A DNA stretch of 61,596 nt, counting the filler, from an uncultured bacterium (GTDB taxonomy: Bacteria > Latescibacterota > UBA2968): the NCBI GenBank assembly GCA_964471275.1. It is 3 parts of 3 records of this genome, joined end to end, with 100 filler letters (N's around TTAATTAATTAA, not from the genome) between each part and the next. Parts side by side here need not be neighbours in the genome. Positions count along the whole stretch, not along the records: positions 20,765 to 41,215 come from CAYYGZ010000062.1; 2 more parts are not named here. The stretch is one strand, 5' to 3'. The notes below the pieces were generated by a model. The model was not told the origin of the DNA. It did no database searches and was given only the letters and a program-made list of their open reading frames with translations. This document shows positions 28,691 to 38,884 of the stretch, in pieces. Position 1 is the first letter of the stretch; every line of letters starts with the position of its first letter. Both the position numbers and the translations under genes were made by a program.

Positions 28691-29047
28691 GGGCGACTAC
28701 TGGTGAGGTTTACTAAAAAGCGACGCACTATCTATCAGGTTGTGTTTTAATTATAATGGCTCGTGGGTTCAGGGAAGGCATTGCGGTGGGAGGGTGGGCA
28801 GCGGAAGCGAGATTGATGCTGTGTCTTTGCAGCAAGTGAAAAGCCTTGAGTGGCCTGGGGCTGAAGGCACTGCGCTTGTGTCAGATTTCGTCGGCGCGGA
28901 TTCAACGACTTGCTATGTCATCAACGATCGTCCCTCGATACGACCTGCATATCCGCTGGTGTCTCCAGAACCATAAGACGACTCGTCACGAGGTCACTCG
29001 GGATGAACGATGACGTGCAATGTCGGTGAGGTCACGCCTTGCTGAGA

Positions 29048-29875
29048 TTAGCGGATGAAGAGAACGGGCCAATTATTCATGAGCGAGAGTGCGAAGGCGC
29101 CGCCCGTTAGAACCAGCAGACCCAGCGCAAAGAGTGTCACGGTGCGTGTTTCCTTGTAGGCGGCCCCGCTTACCAGTGCCTGTGATGCGATCCAGCCCCC
29201 GATGAATCCTCCGAGATGGGCGATGTTGTTTACTCCGCTCATCATGAACCCGAAGATGAACATCAAGATTGCCCACTGCCAGAGCTGTCGTGTCATCATC
29301 GCGGCTACGCTGCCCTGGTGATTACGTCCATACACAATCAGCGCTGCCAGCAATCCGAATATCGCTCCCGATGCGCCTATTGTCTGTGCACCTGACAGGA
29401 GGTTCGACAGGATAAAACCTACGACACCGCCCACGGTAAAGATGATGAAGAATCGGGCGGGACCATACAGGTTTCCGACCTCGGGTCCCAGTTGGCGGAT
29501 CCACATGAAATTGAAGATGATGTGGAGCAAGCTCCCGTGGAGGTAGATCGCCGTGATGCTGGTCCACCAGCCACCCCCATAGCCGGTCATGCCGAGAAGG
29601 ATCAGGGGACGGCGCCCGGGACTGAGCATACCGAAGATGCCGCCCTGTGTGGTCAGAGCGGCACCAAGGTCGAGGACGAGTGACAGGACGTAGAGCGCGA
29701 TACAGGCTGTCGGGATCAGAGATAGGATATCTATCTGCTGACCGAATATCCTGCTGATGTAAGGTCCCAGACCGAACAGGTTCGGATGTTTTGCACCACA
29801 GATCGGGCACGCTTTCTCTTCCGTGCTGATCAGGTTACCGCAGCTCGGGCAGACCATAGATGTGGGTCGTTGCAT
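29048..29875 (-). CDS. Rhomboid-family intramembrane serine protease with N-terminal zinc ribbon
   Basis: CPSCG...CPICG, HGSLLHIIFN, catalytic GASG and AHLGG. Confidence 0.92.
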   Translation of the reverse strand: MQRPTSMVCPSCGNLISTEEKACPICGAKHPNLFGLGPYISRIFGQQIDILSLIPTACIALYVLSLVLDLGAALTTQGGIFGMLSPGRRPLILLGMTGYGGGWWTSITAIYLHGSLLHIIFNFMWIRQLGPEVGNLYGPARFFIIFTVGGVVGFILSNLLSGAQTIGASGAIFGLLAALIVYGRNHQGSVAAMMTRQLWQWAILMFIFGFMMSGVNNIAHLGGFIGGWIASQALVSGAAYKETRTVTLFALGLLVLTGGAFALSLMNNWPVLFIR

Positions 29876-29921
29876 AGTTGATCCTGTTTGGGTCAAGAAC
29901 CTCAGTTTCAAACTCTTTAAG

Positions 29922-29947
29922 GCAGAGGACGCTGAGAGCGCAGAGGA
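29922..29947 (+). repeat. 9-nt-period triple repeat (empty copy)
   Basis: GCAGAGGAC-GCTGAGAGC-GCAGAGGA, identical to 40394-40442 apart from a 23-nt insert there. Confidence 0.75.
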
Positions 29948-30107
29948 AAGAAAGGTTACAGGGCAGAGGAGGGCCGAAATCTCGCCTCACACGCTGTGGC
30001 CTGGGGAAACCTGCTGCGCAAACCCAGAAGGAATTCAGTTGGCCTTGGGACTCGTTAGGCTTTGTCGGGTCAAGGTCGGGGAGAGGCCTGATCCCCTGGG
30101 TCCTGGC

Positions 30108-31250
30108 TCAATTCGCGATCTGATCCCAGTTGTCGAGGAGGAGCGACAGACCTTCGAGAAGCCGTGTCATGTCGGCTTCGGTTGTCATACCCATGGCGGC
30201 GATGCGGATGTAACCGTCAGCAGTCGATCCGTATCCCGGGGCGATCTGGGCATTGAGGTGCTTCACTGCCGCTGCGGTCAGGCCGGGACCGGTCACGCCC
30301 TCCGGCACGGAAATGGTGCTCAGGGTGGGGCTCTCGAAGCCGGGTTTGGATAGGAGCGTCAGTTTGCGCTGGGCAGCCCACGTGTGCTGTAATCCCGTCA
30401 CCGCAGCGTGCCGCTCGAATCGGGCACTTCCTTCGTTCTGCATCTCCTTCAGTCTTGCGGTTATACACTTGAGTGTCAGGTCGGCTACAGTCATCGGCGT
30501 CTGGTGCTTTTCTGCACGCGACACCCACTCGACCATGTCAAGAACATATCCGCGATCCTCGACCGTCTCGGAAAGCTGCATCGCCCGGTCGGATACGACC
30601 ATGACGGAACCGATCGTCGGTATCGAGAAATCCTTCTGCAAACTCCACAGGTAATAGTCAGGTTTGAGTGTCTTGATACGCACATCCACGGCACCCGCGA
30701 TGCTGACGGCGTCGATAGCGATCAGTGTGTTCGAATTTTCCGATCGAATGACATCGCACAAACCCTCGACATCGAGCGAAACACCAGTCGATGTCTCGTT
30801 GTGGATCAGCAGAACGAGATCATACCCATTGGACAATTCTGCCCGCAGACAGTCAGGAGAGATGCCGTCTCCCCAGTCGGCCCCGAGGATGTCGATCTGT
30901 CTCCCCAGATCGGAGAAGACCTGACCCCAACGTTTGGAGAAGGACCCGATATCCAGGCCGAGCGTTCGGAAGTTCCGCGGTGTGTTGTTGGCGACCATTT
31001 CCCAGTTGTAGCTTCCCGTGTGGCCGAATATCAGGGGACGGTATGTGTCGGGAATCTGGAACAGGGAACGGAGCAGCGATTCTGTTTCTGCGTAGCAGAT
31101 CTTGAACTCGGACGCGCGGTGGGTGTAGGTTGCGCAGTAGTCGGACAAGACCTGGCGAACCGCCGGTGAGAGCTCGTGCGGACCGGGGGCAAAGAGGCGG
31201 AGGTCCGGGAAAGCGAGTCGCTTGAGCTGCTCTGACAGATCGGCGTTCAA
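30108..31250 (-). CDS. Class V PLP-dependent aminotransferase
   Basis: LFAPGP, HNETSTG, IDAVS and SLQK. TTG start. Confidence 0.88.
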   Translation of the reverse strand: MNADLSEQLKRLAFPDLRLFAPGPHELSPAVRQVLSDYCATYTHRASEFKICYAETESLLRSLFQIPDTYRPLIFGHTGSYNWEMVANNTPRNFRTLGLDIGSFSKRWGQVFSDLGRQIDILGADWGDGISPDCLRAELSNGYDLVLLIHNETSTGVSLDVEGLCDVIRSENSNTLIAIDAVSIAGAVDVRIKTLKPDYYLWSLQKDFSIPTIGSVMVVSDRAMQLSETVEDRGYVLDMVEWVSRAEKHQTPMTVADLTLKCITARLKEMQNEGSARFERHAAVTGLQHTWAAQRKLTLLSKPGFESPTLSTISVPEGVTGPGLTAAAVKHLNAQIAPGYGSTADGYIRIAAMGMTTEADMTRLLEGLSLLLDNWDQIAN

Positions 31251-31269
31251 GAGTGAGGCTCCAGAAATA

Positions 31270-31305
31270 ACAAAGCCCGCTAAACTCGACTGTCTAGCGG
31301 ACTCT
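31270..31305 (-). terminator. Intrinsic terminator-like hairpin downstream of tRNA-Gly
   Basis: Minus strand GTCCGCTAGAC...GTTTAGCGGGC followed by TTTGTTATTT. Confidence 0.6.
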
Positions 31306-31316
31306 TGCTGATTTTA

Positions 31317-31392
<76 letters not shown>

Positions 31393-31418
31393 TCTTTTAT
31401 GCCGTAGAATGATGAACG

Positions 31419-31447
31419 AAACTACAAAAGTGAGGCATGGGTGTCAA
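31419..31447 (-). promoter_or_regulatory. Sigma70-type promoter for tRNA-Gly
   Basis: TTGACA-17 nt-TAGTTT on the minus strand. Confidence 0.7.
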
Positions 31448-31827
31448 GAGAAAGTCAAGTTTTACAGGGCCTCTGGGCCGCGATGAGGAGGCTAGCGGGT
31501 CTCTACCGCGGGGTCGATCTGGCCACCGTTCAGGACGTCCTAAATCGGACTCCATTACCGCCTTGTGGTTGGCCAGCGCCTCGGCGATCTCGTCGAGATT
31601 GACCTTCACGAGTGCACTCGGCAACCCGAGGAGGCGCTTTCCGCCGGCATCCGTCTGGCCGGTCTGATCTAGGATCTGATTTACAACTGCAAGGAGATTC
31701 ATGTCGAGTATGCCGCAGCGACTGACTTCTACACAAGGCGTTGTATTGACAGCACTTGGAGTGTCGAAAGTATAGTGTTGTCGGTCATTGTTGTCAATTC
31801 CGAGTAAGTCCCTGCAGGGCGGTCCCG

Positions 31828-31856
31828 TTGACAGCCATCGCCGCGCCGATTATACT
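31828..31856 (+). promoter_or_regulatory. Sigma70-type promoter for the hydantoinase/oxoprolinase cluster
   Basis: TTGACA-17 nt-TATACT. Confidence 0.75.
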
Positions 31857-31964
31857 TCGCGCCGACGAAACGGGAGAAGGTCTGCGGCTCTCGAGTCGCT
31901 CCTGGCAGGCGCCCTCCGTCAACAGATTGGGTGCCTCTACTTATGTAGCCTATGAAGGGATCCT

Positions 31965-34037
31965 GTGGCTGACTACGCGGTTGGGATAGATATCGGAGGC
32001 ACCTTCACGGATGTCGTGCTGCAGGATGCGCAGACCGGTGGTCTGAAAGTTGCGAAGATTCTGACCACAACTTCGGACCCTTCAGAAGGCGTTCTTGCGG
32101 GTATGCGAGCTTTGCTTGCCGGGTCCCGAATCGAACCAGGTGACATCCGTCGCGTCATTCACGGCACGACCCTTGTAACGAATGCCCTGATCGAGCGGAA
32201 GGGAGCAAGAACCGGGTTGATCACGACCCGCGGATTTCGGGATGCGCTCGAAATCGGGCGAGAAGGTCGATATGATATCTACGATCTCAGGATGCAGTTG
32301 CCAGAGCCGCTGGTAGAGCGCAGGTTGCGATTCGAGGCCGACGAGCGGCTCAACCCGGATGGCAGCGTCAGGGAATCCCTTGATCTGACCAGCCTGGGCC
32401 GGGTGTGCGAGAAGCTTGCTGAAGCAGAGGTTGAGGCTGTCGGGGTGTGCTTTCTGCACGCCTACGCGAACCCAGATCACGAAGTGTCGGCGAAATCTGT
32501 CCTTGAAGAGAAGCTTCCAGGTTGCACGATCTCACTAAGTTCGGAGGTCGCTCCGGAACTTCGCGAATACGAGCGCACGTCCACTACGGTGGCGAACGCA
32601 TATGTCCAGCCCCTGATCCGACGGTATCTGGCGAGGCTCGAGGAGGGGCTACAGGAGATTGGCCTGCAAGCTCCGCTGCACGTGATGCTGTCGAACGGGG
32701 GCAGCTGTTCTGTCGAAACGGCCAGCCGGTTTCCCGTTCGTCTTGTAGAATCCGGACCGTGTGGGGGGGCGCTGGCTGCGGCGGAATGGGGACGCCGAGC
32801 CGGGCTCGAGCAGATCCTGGCTTTCGACATGGGGGGGACGACAGCGAAGGCGATTCTGTCTGCAGATGGCGACTTCCCGATCACGACCGAGTCCGAGGTG
32901 GCCCGCGTCTATCGATTCAAGAAGGGATCCGGTCTGCCCTTGCTGGTTCCCGTTCTGGATATGATCGAGATCGGCGCGGGTGGGGGAAGCATCGCGCACC
33001 TGAACGCGATGGGCCTACCGGCAGCAGGTCCGGAAAGTGCGGGATCCTCCCCAGGGCCTGCCTGTTATGACCAAGGCGGGAAGGAGCCGACCGTAACGGA
33101 CGCGGGCTTGGTGCTCGGCTACCTCAATCCGGATTATTTCCTTGGTGGCGAGATGACGCTTCATTGCGACCTTGCCGAGGGTGCCCTTGCCTCCGTGGCA
33201 GCGGAGTTTGGTGGGGACGCCACTGCAGCTGCCCTCGGCATCCATCAACTGGTAAACGAAAACATGGCAAATGCCGCTCGCGTTCACGCAGCGGAGCGAG
33301 GAATCGATCTGCGCGATTATGCCCTCGTAGCCACAGGCGGAGCTGGTCCCGTCCATGCCTGCGGCGTGGCATCACGTCTGGGTGTTTTGAGTGTCTTGAT
33401 TCCGCCGATCGCGGGTGTGGGTTCTGCCTTCGGTCTGCTGCTGGCACCCATCAGTTTTGATTACGCGAGAAGCTACGTGACACGCGTCGAGGATCTGGAC
33501 CTTGTGGCACTCGAGCGGATGCTGACCGAAATGACGGCTGCCGGTGAAGATGTCGTGCGCAAGGCGGGTGTGCCCAAAGAAGATGTGAACCGCACTTGCG
33601 CGGCGGATGTGCGTTATGTCGGCCAGGGGCACGAAATCCGAGTCGGGCTGCCTGATCAAAGGTTTGACGACGCTTTCGGGGAGAGGCTGGTCCGGTCTTT
33701 TGAGGCGGAGTACACACGTCTGTTCGGCCGGATCTGTGCTGGTGTGCCAATCGAGATCATTCACTGGCGAGTCACCGTCAGCGGACCCGCGGGGCATCCG
33801 GCCGTATCGTCCCGGGATCAAAGCAAGCGTCGCGAGTCAACGGCTCGCCTCGTGACGTTTGATCGTTCCGGGGCCATGGAGACCCCTGTGTACGATCGGT
33901 ATGGCCTGATCGAGGGCAGGATTCCAGGACCCGCAATCATCGAGGAAGCCGAGTCGACGGCCGTTGTCCCCCCGGACTGGGATGCAGATGTTCTGAAGGA
34001 CGGTTCACTTCTCCTTACGAGGAGGCCCACTCTTTGA
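31965..34037 (+). CDS. Hydantoinase/oxoprolinase subunit A (ATP-binding)
   Basis: GIDIGGTFTD, HGTTLVTNA, ESGP, DMGGTTAK, IGAGGGSIA and PGPACY. Confidence 0.95.
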   Translation: MADYAVGIDIGGTFTDVVLQDAQTGGLKVAKILTTTSDPSEGVLAGMRALLAGSRIEPGDIRRVIHGTTLVTNALIERKGARTGLITTRGFRDALEIGREGRYDIYDLRMQLPEPLVERRLRFEADERLNPDGSVRESLDLTSLGRVCEKLAEAEVEAVGVCFLHAYANPDHEVSAKSVLEEKLPGCTISLSSEVAPELREYERTSTTVANAYVQPLIRRYLARLEEGLQEIGLQAPLHVMLSNGGSCSVETASRFPVRLVESGPCGGALAAAEWGRRAGLEQILAFDMGGTTAKAILSADGDFPITTESEVARVYRFKKGSGLPLLVPVLDMIEIGAGGGSIAHLNAMGLPAAGPESAGSSPGPACYDQGGKEPTVTDAGLVLGYLNPDYFLGGEMTLHCDLAEGALASVAAEFGGDATAAALGIHQLVNENMANAARVHAAERGIDLRDYALVATGGAGPVHACGVASRLGVLSVLIPPIAGVGSAFGLLLAPISFDYARSYVTRVEDLDLVALERMLTEMTAAGEDVVRKAGVPKEDVNRTCAADVRYVGQGHEIRVGLPDQRFDDAFGERLVRSFEAEYTRLFGRICAGVPIEIIHWRVTVSGPAGHPAVSSRDQSKRRESTARLVTFDRSGAMETPVYDRYGLIEGRIPGPAIIEEAESTAVVPPDWDADVLKDGSLLLTRRPTL

Positions 34038-35728
34038 ACACAAGATCGCTAGATCCGGTGTCCTTCGAAGTGTTTTGGCGTCGGCTGATCTCGATCGTGA
34101 ACGAACAAGCTGCAGCGTTGATGCACGCGTCCTTCACGACCGTTGTACGCGAGGCCGGGGATCTATCTGCCGGCGTGTTCGACGCAGAGGGCAAGATGCT
34201 TGCCCAGGCGGTAACGGGTACGCCCGGGCACATCAACACGATGGCAACGTGCGTCCGACATTTTGCGAAGAAGCATCCGTTGGAAACGCTGAAGCCGGGG
34301 GACAGCCTGCTGACGAACGATCCGTGGTTGGGGTCGGGGCATCTCCACGATATAACGGTCGTCACCCCCGCCTTCAAGGACGGGCGAGGTGTTGGATGGT
34401 TCGCGAACACGTGCCACGCGATGGATATCGGTGGTCGAACGCTCGGGGCCGGCGCGCGACAGGTGTACGAGGAGGGCGTCAACATACCGATCATGTTTCT
34501 CTTCAGGGAGGGGAAACTGAACGAGGATCTGATCGGTATTCTGAGAGCGAATGTTCGAGAACCGGATCAGGTTGTCGGCGATCTCTACGCACAACAGGCA
34601 GGAAACGATGTCGGGGTGAACAAGCTGATCGAGACGATGATTGAGTATGGTCTCGATACGCTGGGGGATTTGTCCAGCGGGATCCTGGATCGATCGGAGT
34701 CTGCGACTCGGGACGCGATCGCAGAGATTCCGAACGGGCGCTATGTCGATGAAGTCTCGATCGACGGATATGACGATCCGCTGCTGATCAAGATTGCGAT
34801 CGATATCCAGGATCGTGATCTGATTGTCGACTACTCGGGCAGTTCACCCCAGGTCAACTGGGGTATCAACGTCGTCTACAACTACACGCACGCTTACACG
34901 ACCTATCCGCTGAAATGCGCGATCAGTCCGGAAATCCCGAACAACGAAGGCAGCTTCCGACCCGTGACCGTGAAGGCACCCGAGGGATGCATCCTGAATG
35001 CACAGTTCCCGTGCGCGGTCGGGGCGCGGCATCTGGTCGGCCATTTTCTGTCACAGGCCATTTTTGGAGGGCTCTCTCAAGCGCTGCCGGATCGCGTGTT
35101 GGCCGATGGCTCTGCAGGTTTGTGGAACACACAGATCGAGGGCGTCGGTCGCGATGGGCGTCGATTTGCCTACATCTTTTTTTCTGCTGGCGGGATGGGG
35201 GCGAGTGCGGTCGCGGACGGTCTTTCAGCCACGGCGTTCCCGAGCGGCATACGCGGTGTTCCGGCAGAGGCGATCGAATCGGTTTCTCCCGTTCGTGTGC
35301 TGAGGCGTGCGCTCATCCGGGATTCTGGTGGGCCTGGCAAATTCCGTGGCGGCCTCAGCCAGGAGATGGAACTGGTGGTCGACAGCGAGCACCCAGCGCA
35401 GCATAGTTGTATGTATGACCGGACCCGATTCGCCCCGCGTGGTTTTCTGGGAGGCGGGGACGGGATGCCCGGAGAGCTGTTTCTGTCGGACGGAACGGCC
35501 ATCCCACCAAAAGCAACTTACAATCTGGAGCCCGGTATGTCGGTCACACTGAGGCTGCCCGGCGGCGGCGGGTATGGGCAGGCGCATGAGCGCGATCCGC
35601 AACGAGTTGCCGAGGATGTCCGACAGGATCGGGTGTCTCCTGAAGCCGCTCACGAAGACTATGGCATCAACATCACTATTGGTGGTAGACCCTCAAGGAT
35701 CTCCACAGAAGATGAGGAGACAGGTTGA
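34034..35728 (+). CDS. Hydantoinase B/oxoprolinase subunit
   Basis: NDPWLGSGHLHD, HAMDIGG, DSGGPGKFRGGL and PGGGGYG. Overlaps the stop of subunit A. Confidence 0.95.
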   Translation: MNTRSLDPVSFEVFWRRLISIVNEQAAALMHASFTTVVREAGDLSAGVFDAEGKMLAQAVTGTPGHINTMATCVRHFAKKHPLETLKPGDSLLTNDPWLGSGHLHDITVVTPAFKDGRGVGWFANTCHAMDIGGRTLGAGARQVYEEGVNIPIMFLFREGKLNEDLIGILRANVREPDQVVGDLYAQQAGNDVGVNKLIETMIEYGLDTLGDLSSGILDRSESATRDAIAEIPNGRYVDEVSIDGYDDPLLIKIAIDIQDRDLIVDYSGSSPQVNWGINVVYNYTHAYTTYPLKCAISPEIPNNEGSFRPVTVKAPEGCILNAQFPCAVGARHLVGHFLSQAIFGGLSQALPDRVLADGSAGLWNTQIEGVGRDGRRFAYIFFSAGGMGASAVADGLSATAFPSGIRGVPAEAIESVSPVRVLRRALIRDSGGPGKFRGGLSQEMELVVDSEHPAQHSCMYDRTRFAPRGFLGGGDGMPGELFLSDGTAIPPKATYNLEPGMSVTLRLPGGGGYGQAHERDPQRVAEDVRQDRVSPEAAHEDYGINITIGGRPSRISTEDEETG

Positions 35729-36525
35729 GACACAAAGTTTCGAAAGAGGAGGTTACTGCATACCGAGAGAATGGTTTCGTTGTGATCGATGACTTTCTCA
35801 CGGAGAGCGAGCTGAATGTCTGGCGTAACGCCGTCGATGAGGCCGTGGAGGCTCGCGGCGAGGCCAGGCTTCCCGGTCAGCAAGGGAAGACATTCACCGG
35901 CTCAGATTCGTCGGTCTTCAAACAACGCATCCAGCTGTGGATGGACAATGAGAAGGTCAAGACTCTGATGCTGGATGAGCGTATCGGAAAGATGGCAGCA
36001 GATCTGGAAGGCGTCGACGGGGTTCGCATCTGGCACGATCAGGCACTGATCAAGATGCCGTGGGGGAATCCAACGTCCTGGCACCAGGACAACACCAAGT
36101 GGTCGTTTTCATCGGATCATTCCACCTCGATCTGGATCGCCCTGGATGACGCAACGCTGCATAACGGGTGTCTCTATTTCATTCCCGGTTCGCATCACAA
36201 GCGATACGCAGATGTGGCTACATCGCGCCCGATGTCGGATATCTTCGAGGAGAATCCCGGGTTAAAGTCCGTCGACCCCGTCGCCGCGCCCATGAAGGCA
36301 GGAAGCTGCTCCTTCCATAACGGACTCACCGTGCACGGTGCGGGCGCAAACATGACCCGCGGACTCCGCCGCGCCATGACCTGCGCATACATGCCCGACG
36401 GGGAGACCTACAACGGGAACAAAAACGTCCTCCCCCTGTCGTATGTGGAGACCCTGTCAGTCGGTGACGTTATTGATAACGATGCCCTGGTGCCGTTGGT
36501 CTATTCGGATGACATCGCCAGCTAA
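35725..36525 (+). CDS. Phytanoyl-CoA dioxygenase (PhyH)-family Fe/2OG dioxygenase
   Basis: WHQD, WIALDDAT..NGCL..IPGSH and HGAGAN. Confidence 0.92.
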   Translation: MRHKVSKEEVTAYRENGFVVIDDFLTESELNVWRNAVDEAVEARGEARLPGQQGKTFTGSDSSVFKQRIQLWMDNEKVKTLMLDERIGKMAADLEGVDGVRIWHDQALIKMPWGNPTSWHQDNTKWSFSSDHSTSIWIALDDATLHNGCLYFIPGSHHKRYADVATSRPMSDIFEENPGLKSVDPVAAPMKAGSCSFHNGLTVHGAGANMTRGLRRAMTCAYMPDGETYNGNKNVLPLSYVETLSVGDVIDNDALVPLVYSDDIAS

Positions 36526-36572
36526 CCAATGACCGGACATACATTCATTCCGGAGCGCGCGAGGTTTCAGAA

Positions 36573-37994
36573 ATGAACGCTTTCTGGATCGCTATCGCCC
36601 TATCGTTTCACGTGTCTGCGCCTTCGCAAGCTGCGAATCTGTATGCGCGGGATGCCAGTCAGTTCGAAAAGTATGTGCATCGTCTCGCCCCCGGAGACAC
36701 GTTGCAGCTGCACTCTGGTGAAGAGGAGTGGCGCGATGTGAACCTGGTCTTCGAGGGAGAGGGTGAACCGGGACGGCCGATCGTGCTGGCGGCAAAGCAG
36801 CCAGGAGGCACGGTCTTCACTGGTAAATCGAAGTTGAGAATCCTGGGGAAACACCTTGTCGTTGACGGGCTGGTCTTCAGGGATGGTGAGCTGTTGGGCG
36901 GGAGCGTTATAGCAATCGGTTCAGGCAGGGGAGCGTCGGCCCAGGACTGCCAATTGACGAACACCGCAGTCATCGATTACAACCCGGCTGATCGCAACGT
37001 CAACTATAAGTGGGTGTCGGTTTACGGGAAACGGAACCGGGTCGATCACTGCTATTTCAAAGGGCAGGATCACATTGGCCAGTCCGTCGTGGTATGGTTG
37101 AATGGCGAGCCGAGCGATCACCGCATCGATCACAACTTCTTCGCCGGGCGACCCCGCCTGGGTCAAAACGGTGGCGAAACAGTCCGGGTCGGCACCAGTG
37201 CCCGATCGATGGAAAATTCCCGAACAGTCATCGAGGACAATCTGTTTCAGGATTGCGACGGCGAGGCAGAGATCATTTCGATCAAGTCTTGCGAGAATAT
37301 AGTGCGGCGGAATTCATTTGTCGCGTGCTCGGGTGCCCTGACCCTGAGGCACGGAAACCGGAACCGTGTAGAGGGGAACTGGTTCGTCGGGAATGGCAAG
37401 GCCAGGTCGGGCGGCGTGCGCGTGATCGGGGAAGACCACATCGTTATCAACAACCACTTCGAGGATCTGTCAGGTAGGGGAGGCCGGTCGGCGATTTCGA
37501 TCATGAACGGCGTCCCGGATGCGCCGCTCACCAGCTATTGGCAGGTGAAGGGCGGATTGATCGCTCACAACACATTGATCGACTGCGCGTCACCGTTCGA
37601 TATCGGGTTTGGTGCCGGCGGTCGAGGTCGAACGCTTCCACCCACTGGTATGCGGATTGCCGCCAACCTGGTGAAGACGACAGGGAAAGAAGAGATCGTC
37701 GTGCGGGACGCAAGTGCAAACGTCGAGTGGGCTGAGAATGTCTGGGCAGGTGAAGGCGAGCCGGGCATCGGTGGATTCTTCAGGCGGGAGCTCGCCTTCA
37801 CGAAAGGCCGCTTGCTGAGCTCGCCCGACACCTATACCTCGCTCAATATCCCTGTGGGTGAGTCGAGTGTGATGAATGATATTGATGGACAACTACGCAA
37901 AGGTGGCGTGGCTGGGAGTGATGTGGGGGCAGATACGCCGGTGCGGCATACACCGCCGACTCCGCGTAGCGTAGGCCCTGAATGGATGCGGTGA
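36573..37994 (+). CDS. Polysaccharide lyase family 6 (chondroitinase B/alginate lyase-like), secreted
   Basis: Signal-peptide-like N-terminus, NGGETVRVGTS, EIISIKS (catalytic Lys), LTLRHG (catalytic Arg) and GGVRVIG. Confidence 0.9.
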   Translation: MNAFWIAIALSFHVSAPSQAANLYARDASQFEKYVHRLAPGDTLQLHSGEEEWRDVNLVFEGEGEPGRPIVLAAKQPGGTVFTGKSKLRILGKHLVVDGLVFRDGELLGGSVIAIGSGRGASAQDCQLTNTAVIDYNPADRNVNYKWVSVYGKRNRVDHCYFKGQDHIGQSVVVWLNGEPSDHRIDHNFFAGRPRLGQNGGETVRVGTSARSMENSRTVIEDNLFQDCDGEAEIISIKSCENIVRRNSFVACSGALTLRHGNRNRVEGNWFVGNGKARSGGVRVIGEDHIVINNHFEDLSGRGGRSAISIMNGVPDAPLTSYWQVKGGLIAHNTLIDCASPFDIGFGAGGRGRTLPPTGMRIAANLVKTTGKEEIVVRDASANVEWAENVWAGEGEPGIGGFFRRELAFTKGRLLSSPDTYTSLNIPVGESSVMNDIDGQLRKGGVAGSDVGADTPVRHTPPTPRSVGPEWMR

Positions 37995-38010
37995 GATAAG
38001 GAGCTATACG

Positions 38011-38838
38011 ATGAAGATGGCATTTACAACGCTGGGGTGCCCGGCGTGGGATCTGGATACGGTCATAGAAAAGGGAAGCACCTTTGGTTACGCCGGTGTT
38101 GATTTTCGGGGCATACAGGAGGAAATCGACGTCACCAAGCTGCCGGAGTTCAACTCGGGCATCGCGGAGACAAAACAGAAACTGGCAGATGCAGATCTGG
38201 CAGTTTGTGGGATCAGTTCGAGTCTGAAGGTCTGTGACGCCTCGGTGACGGAGGCCAATCTCGAGGAAGCGAAACGCACGATTCCGATTGCCGCAGAGCT
38301 CAGTGTACCGAACATCCGCGTCTTTGGCATGGGGAACCCCGAAGAAAACACGAAAGAAGCGCTTGCGGCCGTCGGCGCAGGGATGATGGAGCAGGTGCTG
38401 GCTCTCGATGGTGCTGATCAGTTCAAGTGGGTATTCGAGACACACGACCACTGGATCAAATCGGAAGACTGCAAGCTGCTTCTCGACAAGGTGACGGTTC
38501 CGATCTTCGGCGCGCTCTGGGATGTGGGGCACACGACGAGAGTTGAGGAAGAGGATCCCGCAGATACGCTGACCGCCCTGGGTGATCGCATCTTTTACAC
38601 ACACGTGAAGGATGCCGTCCACGATCCGGATCAGGAAAACGCGATGAAGGATGGCTGGAAGTATGTCCCACCCGGTACCGGACAGCTGCCTCTCGAGCGG
38701 GCGCTAAATCTGCTGAAGGATCGTGGTTACGATGACTACGTGATGTTCGAGCACGAAAAGCGGTGGCATCCGACATTGCCTGAGCCGGAGGCTATTATGC
38801 CGGCGTTTGTGGAGTGGTTTAGGGGGTTGGGGCTCTAG
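38011..38838 (+). CDS. Sugar phosphate isomerase/epimerase (AP endonuclease 2 TIM barrel)
   Basis: FTTLGCP, ETHD, WDVGH, HVKD and FEHEKRWHP. Confidence 0.9.
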   Translation: MKMAFTTLGCPAWDLDTVIEKGSTFGYAGVDFRGIQEEIDVTKLPEFNSGIAETKQKLADADLAVCGISSSLKVCDASVTEANLEEAKRTIPIAAELSVPNIRVFGMGNPEENTKEALAAVGAGMMEQVLALDGADQFKWVFETHDHWIKSEDCKLLLDKVTVPIFGALWDVGHTTRVEEEDPADTLTALGDRIFYTHVKDAVHDPDQENAMKDGWKYVPPGTGQLPLERALNLLKDRGYDDYVMFEHEKRWHPTLPEPEAIMPAFVEWFRGLGL

Positions 38839-38884
38839 AAGACCGGGTGGGGGGGTGGAAAGGCTGGTTCGTATAGCACGGGTT

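Noticed and set aside
28670..28750. Diversity-generating retroelement variable region
   Set aside because: There is no reverse transcriptase and no template repeat in the window.
31397..31702. 101-aa ORF upstream of tRNA-Gly
   Set aside because: Its 3' end runs through the tRNA promoter and it has no recognisable motif. At most the first half is a gene relic.
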